A stretch of DNA of 64,000 nucleotides from IMG/VR virus record IMGVR_UViG_3300025652_000055, positions 3,272-67,271 of that record; one strand, 5' to 3'. Origin of the DNA: a virus. The notes beneath the pieces were generated by a model, which ran no database searches, was not told where the DNA came from, and saw only the letters and a list, made by a program, of their open reading frames with translations. This document shows positions 43,182 to 51,444 of the stretch, one piece after another (the first letter of the stretch is position 1; each line of letters starts with the position of its first letter). The position numbers and the translations under genes are program-made.

Positions 43182-43469
43182 ATGAGCGCACCACAGATAG
43201 GAGAAAGCACAAAGGTAACACTTGACTTAAAAACAATAGGTATAATAGTTGGGTTTACTATTTCGCTGGCAACAACTTATTTTACATTAAAATCTGATAT
43301 AGCAGTCGCTATGACAGAACCTAAGCCAGAGATATCAAAAATAGAATTTGATATGAAAGATGAATTAATACGTCAAACAATAATGGACACACAAGATGAC
43401 GTAGAACAAATTTTAGAAAAATTAGATAAACTTGATGAAAGAGTTTATGAAATTCAAAAACAAAAATAA
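43182..43469 (+). CDS. membrane-anchored coiled-coil protein
   Basis: One TM helix followed by a coiled coil. Confidence 0.55.
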   Translation: MSAPQIGESTKVTLDLKTIGIIVGFTISLATTYFTLKSDIAVAMTEPKPEISKIEFDMKDELIRQTIMDTQDDVEQILEKLDKLDERVYEIQKQK

Positions 43470-43876
43470 TGAAAAACTTTATTTTAATTTTATTTACTAC
43501 ATTCTGTTTTAGTCAATCAGACGTGCCTGAAAAATATTGGTTGAACGATGATACTTTTGATGAAGTTGTTATTGGTTCTGCTTTTGACGACAATGAAGGC
43601 GATACTATATTAGTTGAGTTTTGGGCTGAGTTTAATGCTGAAAATTGTTTTGCTGAATGGGATCAAATTAAAAATGCTAAATACTATAGAATAAACATAG
43701 CTGATTCACCAAAGACTAAAAAACAATATAGAGTTAGAATGGCGCCTACTCTTATAATATTTAAAAACGGATCAAAGCAAAATGTTTTCAAAGCTGGCTT
43801 AGATCTTCTTTTGCCAACAGATTTGAAAGAAGTACAAGAAACTATAAACGAAATTAACAACGCAAACAAATTTTAA
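43469..43876 (+). CDS. exported thioredoxin-fold protein lacking CxxC
   Basis: Signal peptide; LVEFWAEFN; YRVRMAPTLIIFKNG. Confidence 0.65.
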   Translation: MKNFILILFTTFCFSQSDVPEKYWLNDDTFDEVVIGSAFDDNEGDTILVEFWAEFNAENCFAEWDQIKNAKYYRINIADSPKTKKQYRVRMAPTLIIFKNGSKQNVFKAGLDLLLPTDLKEVQETINEINNANKF

Positions 43877-43877
43877 C

Positions 43878-44111
43878 ATGTGGAAATTAACTAAAGAGTA
43901 CTGGAAAGACGTGTGGGCTTTATTATGGAGCAAAACAAGTATAGATGAAAAAGCTATAGCCACCGTGAAAGAAATTAAAAAAAGATATAAACTTACAGCT
44001 GAAGAGTTAGCAGACGTTGCTAAAGCTATAAAAGAAGTTGGTAATCAGATTGGTGATATAGATGATGCTGTAAAAGGTAAAGCAAGAAAAGGAAGAAAAA
44101 CAAAAAAATAG
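43878..44111 (+). CDS. hypothetical protein
   Basis: 77 aa ORF in the operon. Confidence 0.55.
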   Translation: MWKLTKEYWKDVWALLWSKTSIDEKAIATVKEIKKRYKLTAEELADVAKAIKEVGNQIGDIDDAVKGKARKGRKTKK

Positions 44112-44458
44112 TGAATAAGTTTATAGTTTTCTTGCTGTTTTTTCCAAGTTTGTGTGTGGCTCAGTTAGATTTATATGGCTGGAAAGTTGAAGAGGATAAA
44201 GTAATGCATTATTTAGCGGGTGTTGCTATAACTAGCGTTGCGCATGATCTTATATTTGAAGAAACAAAAAGTAAAGAAAAAGCTATAATGTATTCTATGG
44301 CAACAACTTTATTAGTGGCTACTTTTAAAGAAGTTTTTATAGATAGAGGGAGGGGTGATGGTCAAGATATTGCTGCTAGTATGTACGGCGCGATTACTGT
44401 TGGTGTCACTATAGAAATTGATGATTTATTTAAACGTAAAAGAAAATGGAAAAAATAA
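44111..44458 (+). CDS. membrane protein (YfiM/VanZ-like)
   Basis: GTG start; DKVMHYLAG...KEVFID...DIAA pattern. Confidence 0.55.
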   Translation: MNKFIVFLLFFPSLCVAQLDLYGWKVEEDKVMHYLAGVAITSVAHDLIFEETKSKEKAIMYSMATTLLVATFKEVFIDRGRGDGQDIAASMYGAITVGVTIEIDDLFKRKRKWKK

Positions 44459-44910
44459 GTAAACACGTAAGTTATCGCGAAGGCATGTATAGCAGAACAG
44501 CGGATAGACGAGGTATAGACAACACACCTACTGAAGAGCATTTAGCTACAATGAAAATTACTGCTGAAAAAATATTTGAACCTCTTAGAGCTCACGTAGG
44601 AGCTACTATAAAGATAAATTCTTTTTATCGTGGACCTAAACTAAACAAAGCTATAGGCGGGGCTAAAAAGTCACAACATATGAGTGGGCAAGCAATGGAT
44701 ATTGACGATACATTTGGTCACATGTCTAATGCTGATATGTATTATTGGATAAAAGATAACTTAAACTTTGATCAGTTAATATGGGAATTTGGTACAGACA
44801 AAAATCCAAACTGGCTACATGTAAGTTATGTTAACGATGAAGATAATAGAAACAGATGCTTAAAAGCTTATAAAGATTCTAACAACAAGACTAAATATAA
44901 AGTAATATGA
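44446..44910 (+). CDS. endolysin, peptidase M15A family
   Basis: INSFYR..LNKAIGG..SQHMSGQAMD...WLHVSY. Confidence 0.85.
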   Translation: MEKISKHVSYREGMYSRTADRRGIDNTPTEEHLATMKITAEKIFEPLRAHVGATIKINSFYRGPKLNKAIGGAKKSQHMSGQAMDIDDTFGHMSNADMYYWIKDNLNFDQLIWEFGTDKNPNWLHVSYVNDEDNRNRCLKAYKDSNNKTKYKVI

Positions 44911-45155
44911 AAACACCTATGAAAAGAAAAGGTTGTGGACCTCAAGGGTTAGGTTCACCTATTAAACTAGCGCCGATACTTGGTATGGTAGCTAAATCAT
45001 TAATTGCTGGTAAAATTGCAGAAAAAGCGTCACCGGCTAAATTTAAAGGCGCTAACTCTAAAAACTCTGACTGTTGGAAAGGTTATAAAAAACAAGGTAC
45101 AAAACCATCTCCTAGTAAACCAGGAGTAACTGTTAATAATTGTGTTAAGAAATAA
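44907..45155 (+). CDS. small basic SPxK protein with CWKGY...NCVK module
   Basis: TPMK, SPIK and SPAK motifs. Confidence 0.6.
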   Translation: MKTPMKRKGCGPQGLGSPIKLAPILGMVAKSLIAGKIAEKASPAKFKGANSKNSDCWKGYKKQGTKPSPSKPGVTVNNCVKK

Positions 45156-45186
45156 AAAAGGGAGGCTAACTAAACCTCCCAATTTT
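45155..45186. terminator. bidirectional terminator between the convergent arms
   Basis: AAAAA-GGGAGG-loop-CCTCCC-AATTTT. Confidence 0.7.
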
Positions 45187-45200
45187 AACTAACTAACTAA

Positions 45201-46919
45201 CTAACCATCACACGCAAGACAATCTTCACTCATCGCTTGCTGTGCAATATCTCCACGCAAGACAGATTCTGTCCGCGTATAATATAAGGTTTTAACACCT
45301 TTTTTCCATGCTTCAAAATGAACTTTGTTAATCCACTTTGGTGTTGCTACACTAGGAAAAGCTAAGTTTAAACTAACTGACTGATCTACATATTGCTGTC
45401 TCAGTCCAGCTTGATTAACTAATTCTAGTTGATTAATCTCCTTAAACGTTTTAAATACCTCCTTTGCGGGTGTTTCGTGTGCCAACACAACATCATCAAG
45501 CTCAGTAATATTCTGCACGCTACCACCATCGGCCAAGATCTTGTCCCATGTTTCATTATTATTTATTTTAAGTTTTCTAAACAATTTAACTAAAGAAGGA
45601 TTTTTACGTATAAAAGTTCCTTTAGCGGTTTGCTCTGTAAATACATTAGCAGCCCAAGGTTCTATACCCGGCGAAACATTCCCACTAAGCTTACTGTTAG
45701 AAACAGTGGGAGCCACAGCGCGTAAATGAGTATTACGCATACCAGTTCCAGAACACCATAAAGGTTCTCCGTAAGTCTCAGCCAACGCCATTGAAGCTCT
45801 TTCACTTTCAATTTTGATCTGACTAAATATTTTCCTAGTTTCAAACTGAGCAAGTAAACCTTCGAACGAGATACCTTTTTCTTGTAAGTACGTGTGCCAG
45901 CCCAAAACTCCCAAGCCAAGAGCTCTTCCTTTCGTAGCTGACCTAACCGCGTTTTCAAAGCCTCGTAAGCCTTTAGCTCGCTGTATAAACTCTTCCATGA
46001 CCCCATCAAGGAACCATATACTGTCGTAAATAAGGTTTGTGCCTTTCCACTCTTCATATCTAGCTAAGTTTAATGATGATAAACAGCATACAAAACTATG
46101 GTTTTCATCAGTGTGCAATGTGATCTCAGAACATATGTTTGTCATATGTACCTTGAGACCGTTGTCTTTGTATGCGACTGGATTATTTTTGTTTGTATTT
46201 CCCTTAAATAAAATATAAGGTTCTCCAGTTGCTTTACGCTTTTGTAATAATTTTGACCATCTTTTTCTTGCGTCTTTATCACCTCCTTCAACTTTTCGCA
46301 TAAACTTGTCGCCGACCACAGCGCACTGGTGTAGGTTGAGGGACTGACGATTAACGTCTCCTTTAGGTTCTCTAATTTCGATCCAGTCTTCGAAATCGGC
46401 ATGCTCAATATTGATGTTAACTGAAGCAGCTCCTCTTCGGACAGATCCTTGATTAGTGGCAAGTATTGTTGAATCGTAAATCTTACAAAACGGCACAACT
46501 CCATCAGATGTTCCATTTCCTGTTATTTTAGCGCCGGCGGGTCTTATTTGATTTATACCGATACCAACTCCACCGCCATGCTTAGCGAGTAGCATCATCT
46601 CTAGGTTTTTTTGTCCAATATCCTGTATCGAATCAGCAACGTCAATACCAAAACAGCTAATAGGAAGGCCGCGGTCAGTCCCTGTGTTGGAGAGTACAGG
46701 ACTAGCAAGACACAACCAACCATTCCAGATATAATTAAAAAAAGTTTCAGCCATTTCTGGTTTATATAATCTACGAGCAACCGTCTTAGCGACTCTTTGG
46801 TATGCTTCTCTAGGTGTTTCTCCGTGATATAAATATCCCCCGGATATTGTCTTCTTGTAGACGTCCGTATTACCCCACGCAGGGTAATCTTCTCCTTTGA
46901 TCCATTCATTATTCCACAT
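45201..46919 (-). CDS. nrdA: ribonucleotide reductase class Ia alpha subunit (compact)
   Basis: PISCF, TNICSEI, VAPTVS, KTLYY, C-terminal CLAC. Confidence 0.92.
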   Translation of the reverse strand: MWNNEWIKGEDYPAWGNTDVYKKTISGGYLYHGETPREAYQRVAKTVARRLYKPEMAETFFNYIWNGWLCLASPVLSNTGTDRGLPISCFGIDVADSIQDIGQKNLEMMLLAKHGGGVGIGINQIRPAGAKITGNGTSDGVVPFCKIYDSTILATNQGSVRRGAASVNINIEHADFEDWIEIREPKGDVNRQSLNLHQCAVVGDKFMRKVEGGDKDARKRWSKLLQKRKATGEPYILFKGNTNKNNPVAYKDNGLKVHMTNICSEITLHTDENHSFVCCLSSLNLARYEEWKGTNLIYDSIWFLDGVMEEFIQRAKGLRGFENAVRSATKGRALGLGVLGWHTYLQEKGISFEGLLAQFETRKIFSQIKIESERASMALAETYGEPLWCSGTGMRNTHLRAVAPTVSNSKLSGNVSPGIEPWAANVFTEQTAKGTFIRKNPSLVKLFRKLKINNNETWDKILADGGSVQNITELDDVVLAHETPAKEVFKTFKEINQLELVNQAGLRQQYVDQSVSLNLAFPSVATPKWINKVHFEAWKKGVKTLYYTRTESVLRGDIAQQAMSEDCLACDG

Positions 46920-46923
46920 ATTT

Positions 46924-47190
46924 TTATACTATAAAGTGTTTTATCCAAGCTACTAAACCATTAAAGTTTAAAGCTACTAAATTCCATTGTTTTCTTGATG
47001 CTGTTTGTACCATCACACATATAAAACCCAAGATGTAAAGCCTAGGTTCCAAAGTCCATTGTGCTGCTATTAAAAAACCAGCACCCATATATCCAATTCT
47101 AGTTGTTATTCTTTCATTCCAAGTCAAACGTCTTTGCCTCACTAGATTCTTTGCTAGCGTCTTCTTTAAGTTTTTCCAAGGCTTCATCAT
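46924..47190 (-). CDS. small membrane protein (start uncertain)
   Basis: Three short hydrophobic segments; QWNLVALN. Confidence 0.5.
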   Translation of the reverse strand: MMKPWKNLKKTLAKNLVRQRRLTWNERITTRIGYMGAGFLIAAQWTLEPRLYILGFICVMVQTASRKQWNLVALNFNGLVAWIKHFIV

Positions 47191-47329
47191 ATTCTTTAAA
47201 TTTTTGAATTGTTTTTAATGTCCCCACAGCTAACTCTCTTATGTGAGATTGCTCTTGAGCTATTTGATTTAGGACCTTGGCTACTTGTTGTAGCCTTTGG
47301 TCCATTTGTATTAATTTACTTTCTTTCAT
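47114..47329 (-). CDS. hypothetical protein
   Basis: 71 aa helical ORF. Confidence 0.55.
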   Translation of the reverse strand: MKESKLIQMDQRLQQVAKVLNQIAQEQSHIRELAVGTLKTIQKFKEYDEALEKLKEDASKESSEAKTFDLE

Positions 47330-47744
47330 TGTTCTTTTTATTTACACTAGGTTTTAAAACAGGTTTTACGCTAGGTGGATTAATTGGTTTATAAGGTTGA
47401 ACGTCAACTGTCGGTTTAGGCATGTTTATTGGCTTGTTATTTGGCTTTGAATTAGGTTTAGACCTGTTCCAGTTATAACCTTGATTAGGATTTGGAATAA
47501 GATAATAATTGTTATTCCAAGGTTGCCAATTCTGCCTGTATTGATATCTAAATGGATCGCGATCTATTAGCTCTCTAATTCTTCTGTCAAGTACTCTAAA
47601 CTTAAAGTCTCCAACCGGAACAGCTAAAGTGTCTCCCTTTTCTGTTATTGTTAATATACTTTTAATTTTGTAGCTTGAAATATCATACGTGCTACCACAA
47701 GATGTTAGCGTTAATATTAATGCAATAATTATTAGTTTTTTCAT
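47316..47744 (-). CDS. putative lipoprotein
   Basis: Lipobox LTSC; Pro/Asn-rich C-terminus. Confidence 0.65.
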   Translation of the reverse strand: MKKLIIIALILTLTSCGSTYDISSYKIKSILTITEKGDTLAVPVGDFKFRVLDRRIRELIDRDPFRYQYRQNWQPWNNNYYLIPNPNQGYNWNRSKPNSKPNNKPINMPKPTVDVQPYKPINPPSVKPVLKPSVNKKNNERK

Positions 47745-47836
47745 ATTTTTATTTTAGTTCTTCTTTTTGTTTTACAAAGTCTCTCATGCCGTTCCAGTTA
47801 AGATCGTTGTATATATCCTCTTCAGTTATATATATT

Positions 47837-48805
47837 TTACCAGATGTCTTCGAAGTCTTCGTTTTCCCCAGCTTTCGAATAATCAGTCGGCCTAATTGCG
47901 AAAAAATCAGTATGAGTGACCCCGCCGGTAAGATGATAGAACCAATCAAGATTAGCCGCTGCTTTAACGTCATACGAGAAATACGATCCAAGATCGATGT
48001 AACCGAGTTCTGTAAGTTTTTCATTTGTTCTTTTTCTTATAAATTGTTTTAAGTCTCCTGCTTTAATGCCTTCAATGTCACCCATCTCAAACATCTTGTC
48101 AATATATTTTTCTTCTAAATTAACCATTGCTTCAGCTGCCTCAACAACGTCATCTCTACAAGCTTCTAGCAACTTAGAGTCTTCTTGACACATATGCTTA
48201 AATAATTGACAACCCATTTTACTATGCAATGATTCGTCTCTTACAGACCATTTCATTTGTTGCCCGATGCCCTTGAGTAAATTTCGAAGCTGAAAACTAT
48301 ACAACACTGCAAAAGCACTATACAAGCTAACTCCTTCAGCGAAGGCTGAAAATACAGCCAAGCTTTTTGCAATACCAGTAGTATCACTACCGCTGTAAGC
48401 AACCAAATTATCAAATCTTTCAGACGTCGCTGGTTCGTGTAAAAACGCTTCATAGTCTTCTAGTTTTAAAGTTTCATTTAAATAACTGTAAGCTACTGCG
48501 TGTACAGTTTCCTGTGAGCCAAACATCATGGCCATTTGTCTTATTTCGTGTTTAGGAAACCACGATACGACCTTCTGGGTCCAATAGTCTGAAACAGCGC
48601 ATTCGGTTTGCGCGAATCCAAGAAGTATGTTCCCAACAAGGTTTTTTTCTTTTTCGTCAAGTCTTTCATTCCAATCTTTTATATCGCTCTGCATTGAGAT
48701 TTCAGTATGTAACCAAAATGCTTGAGCTTGTTTTAACCAGCCCTCTGTGTAATATTCAGGGTATTCAAACGGTTTGTACGCTATGCGCTCATCAAACAAA
48801 CCCAT
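47837..48805 (-). CDS. nrdB: ribonucleotide reductase class Ia beta subunit
   Basis: ETVHAVAY, EGVSLYSAF, RDESLH, DFFA. Confidence 0.92.
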   Translation of the reverse strand: MGLFDERIAYKPFEYPEYYTEGWLKQAQAFWLHTEISMQSDIKDWNERLDEKEKNLVGNILLGFAQTECAVSDYWTQKVVSWFPKHEIRQMAMMFGSQETVHAVAYSYLNETLKLEDYEAFLHEPATSERFDNLVAYSGSDTTGIAKSLAVFSAFAEGVSLYSAFAVLYSFQLRNLLKGIGQQMKWSVRDESLHSKMGCQLFKHMCQEDSKLLEACRDDVVEAAEAMVNLEEKYIDKMFEMGDIEGIKAGDLKQFIRKRTNEKLTELGYIDLGSYFSYDVKAAANLDWFYHLTGGVTHTDFFAIRPTDYSKAGENEDFEDIW

Positions 48806-48951
48806 TAGTTTTCAAAAACTTCTAGAGCTAAATCTACGAAAGGTATGTATAGCACATAAGTGGTTTGTTCTTTTTCTTCGTACGTTCTCATGCCTATTAA
48901 AAACCCTGGGTACAAACCAAGGCTAAGGCTCCAATTTTTTGATTCTGTCAT
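48805..48951 (-). CDS. small hypothetical protein (48 aa)
   Basis: MTESKNWSLSLGLYPG...; stop overlaps the nrdB start. Confidence 0.6.
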   Translation of the reverse strand: MTESKNWSLSLGLYPGFLIGMRTYEEKEQTTYVLYIPFVDLALEVFEN

Positions 48952-49109
48952 ATTTTATATTCTTTACATTTTTCTACTAAATCATTGTATTTTATTTTTC
49001 CAAACTGTTCCCATCTCCAACTTAGCCATTTATCAAGTTGACGTTCTCCGTATTTTTGCCTTGCTATTCTTTTTGCTTGGCTAGGATCAATCTTACTGTT
49101 TCGTCGCAT
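48948..49109 (-). CDS. small hypothetical protein (53 aa)
   Basis: MRRNSKIDPSQAKRIARQKY...; ATGA overlap with the next gene. Confidence 0.5.
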   Translation of the reverse strand: MRRNSKIDPSQAKRIARQKYGERQLDKWLSWRWEQFGKIKYNDLVEKCKEYKI

Positions 49110-49519
49110 TCCTTGTGATTTTGTGGTTTATATAATGTAAGAGGTCCTAATCGTCTTTCAGTTATAAGCTTCTTAAATAACTTCCATCTTAATGGAAATG
49201 ATTCATTAGCTCTACCTTTAGTTTCAATTATAAAACCCTTACCTACAAAGTCTGGCGTATATTTTATATTTAATATCTTTTTATTACCTCTGTTTTTATA
49301 TTCTCCTTTACCATTACCGCATCTTTCATATGATTCAAAAGGAAAATCAAAAGCTTCTGATAACTCAAAAGTTTGGCCTTCATATAAAGCTGTTATCTTA
49401 GCTTTACGTAATGCCATATACATATAACGCTCTAAACCAGAGGCGAAGTTGATCCCATCATATGAGATCTTCTTCGACTGTACTGGTCCTTTTTTTCTTT
49501 TATAAGATTTTTTCTTCAT
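49064..49519 (-). CDS. endonuclease I-like Holliday junction resolvase
   Basis: FASGLE...YTPDF...IIETKG (T7 gp3-like PD-(D/E)xK). Confidence 0.75.
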   Translation of the reverse strand: MKKKSYKRKKGPVQSKKISYDGINFASGLERYMYMALRKAKITALYEGQTFELSEAFDFPFESYERCGNGKGEYKNRGNKKILNIKYTPDFVGKGFIIETKGRANESFPLRWKLFKKLITERRLGPLTLYKPQNHKECDETVRLILAKQKE

Positions 49520-49814
49520 TAACTTCTATATCATGATAGTGTAAACCATCGTTACCATTTTGGCCTACAATATTCATTCTGTTAAGCATAGCTTCTTCTA
49601 TCTCGTCTTGTAAACAATGTCTAGCTGATTCTAAGTATAGTATTGCATCCATTAGTTCTTCTTGTACATCAACAATAAACCTATTAAGATCTTTCTTTTG
49701 ACCTTCGATTTCTTGCATCATTGTAGCTCCATATTTCTTTTGGCCTATTAAGCTACGTTCGTCCATCTTCCTTAGTACGTTCTGTACTATCTTGTCTTGT
49801 GTTTTAATCTGCAT
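49500..49814 (-). CDS. small helical protein, possible NTP-pyrophosphohydrolase-like
   Basis: GQKKYG...QEELMDAILYLE. Confidence 0.5.
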   Translation of the reverse strand: MQIKTQDKIVQNVLRKMDERSLIGQKKYGATMMQEIEGQKKDLNRFIVDVQEELMDAILYLESARHCLQDEIEEAMLNRMNIVGQNGNDGLHYHDIEVNEEKIL

Positions 49815-50565
49815 CTTTTACGAATGTTCCGTTAATCATTTTACCTGTTCTTCTAGCTATTACATTATAAGCGGTATCAATACAGTCTTCTATATTATAT
49901 CCTTCTAAATGAGCTAAATTAGTTAGCACAACAACTATATCACCTATAGCGTCTATTATTTCTGGTTTATCATTTTTAAGTAATGCTTTAGCAAGTTCAC
50001 CAGCTTCTTCCTGTAACTTAACATATTGTGTATGTGAATTACCTTTATCATATAAACCTCTGTCTTTAGCCCAAAACCTTATAAGATCAAATCTATCAGG
50101 TGTTACGTCTGGATTGTGCTTTGGATTAAAAAAGGCTTCATAAAAAGCCTTGTTGTAAATGTAACTTCGATTTTCATTATACATCGAAGGTTTAGCGTTT
50201 TGCATTATCCAAGTAACATGTTCTTGAGATAATTTAAACTTATAATCTGGCGTTTCCCATTCAATACCTATGTTATCCATGAGGTTACCTTTTAACTTTG
50301 TTATAGGTACTGGGAACGTACTTGTTTGTTCTGTTGGGTTTATTTTCATATTTGATTTAAATAAATTTTTATATAATGTTCTGTCTCTTTTGTAGCCATA
50401 AGACTTTTGAAGTTCTATTTCCATGTTTGATATCAAATTAATATCTGTACTAGAAAGTAGAACTTCGTATTCATCTGAAGCATAACCTTGTTGCTCCGTA
50501 ACCCTTTTATTAAGATTACGTGTAACTCCGATTTTTTTACCGGGAATGTGATATATGTAATACAT
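49804..50565 (-). CDS. MazG-like NTP pyrophosphohydrolase with N-terminal GIY-YIG-like domain
   Basis: C-terminal KLQEEAGEL...DAIGD; N-terminal YYIYH...IGVT..L..R...E. Confidence 0.75.
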   Translation of the reverse strand: MYYIYHIPGKKIGVTRNLNKRVTEQQGYASDEYEVLLSSTDINLISNMEIELQKSYGYKRDRTLYKNLFKSNMKINPTEQTSTFPVPITKLKGNLMDNIGIEWETPDYKFKLSQEHVTWIMQNAKPSMYNENRSYIYNKAFYEAFFNPKHNPDVTPDRFDLIRFWAKDRGLYDKGNSHTQYVKLQEEAGELAKALLKNDKPEIIDAIGDIVVVLTNLAHLEGYNIEDCIDTAYNVIARRTGKMINGTFVKDAD

Positions 50566-50567
50566 AT

Positions 50568-51209
50568 TTATAATTTATTTTTATATAAGTGCATATTGTG
50601 TGCGTGGTGGTAATACCAACCTGTTTCAATAGACAGTCTGTCTGCAACCATCTCTTGCAATGATGCAAATTGATACTGATCATTACAGAAACCGTACCAG
50701 ATGTCATTAGAACGCATATAGACGGACATACAAAGCCTATTGTTTATAATACTAAATTGCACAGCGTAAGTACAAGGTGTATCTTTAGAATAATCATACC
50801 ACTCTTTTGCATCGTATATACTTATAGCGGCTTGTCTAGTGTCTTTATTTTCTCTAAGTTTATCTACAACGTAATCTATTTGATTGCTTCGTTTCCATTG
50901 ATAACCATAATTAGAGTTTACATTACCATGATCATCAGCCATACGTGCCCATATTGGTGGTACCTTACCATATAGCTCAGCTAGTTTATCAACACTAGGA
51001 TCACCAGATAAATACCAAGACCATTCTGCTGCTGCATACTTCTTGTTCCAGTTGCGTTCAGTATTTGTTATAGCTTTATCTGAAGGATTGTCTATATAAA
51101 AACCACAATTAAATATAGCTTTAGTATCACCAAAGTCTATACCCTCTTGTAGTATTTCATCTAGCACAGCTTCATAAGCTTCGTTAGCATTTTTAAATCT
51201 TTTTTTCAT
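50568..51209 (-). CDS. thymidylate synthase family protein, dCMP hydroxymethylase-like
   Basis: Catalytic PC, MRSNDIWYGFCND, HLY. Confidence 0.8.
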   Translation of the reverse strand: MKKRFKNANEAYEAVLDEILQEGIDFGDTKAIFNCGFYIDNPSDKAITNTERNWNKKYAAAEWSWYLSGDPSVDKLAELYGKVPPIWARMADDHGNVNSNYGYQWKRSNQIDYVVDKLRENKDTRQAAISIYDAKEWYDYSKDTPCTYAVQFSIINNRLCMSVYMRSNDIWYGFCNDQYQFASLQEMVADRLSIETGWYYHHAHNMHLYKNKL

Positions 51210-51444
51210 ACTTTTTATAATAATATCTATAAAACTTAAATATCTCTGACCATATTTGATCTTTTAAATAAACATATGGTGATCTACTTGTTTTATTGTT
51301 CATCTCTATATCTATATACCATTCATAAGTACTTTTTGCGTAGGGTGATATTTTTATGTTGTTTGCTATACACCACTGTTGCGCATTATAGTCCTCACGT
51401 TTAGGCATATACTTGCCCATATCTACTTTTCCTCTTTTAGCCAT
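51193..51444 (-). CDS. hypothetical protein
   Basis: 83 aa ORF in the operon. Confidence 0.55.
   Translation of the reverse strand: MAKRGKVDMGKYMPKREDYNAQQWCIANNIKISPYAKSTYEWYIDIEMNNKTSRSPYVYLKDQIWSEIFKFYRYYYKKYEKKI

Noticed and set aside
45186-45204. (TAAC)n microsatellite
   Set aside because: Only about five short units next to a terminator, with no evidence of function
47749-48024. 91-aa ORF overlapping the nrdB 3' end
   Set aside because: Mostly an alternative frame of nrdB, with no convincing independent start
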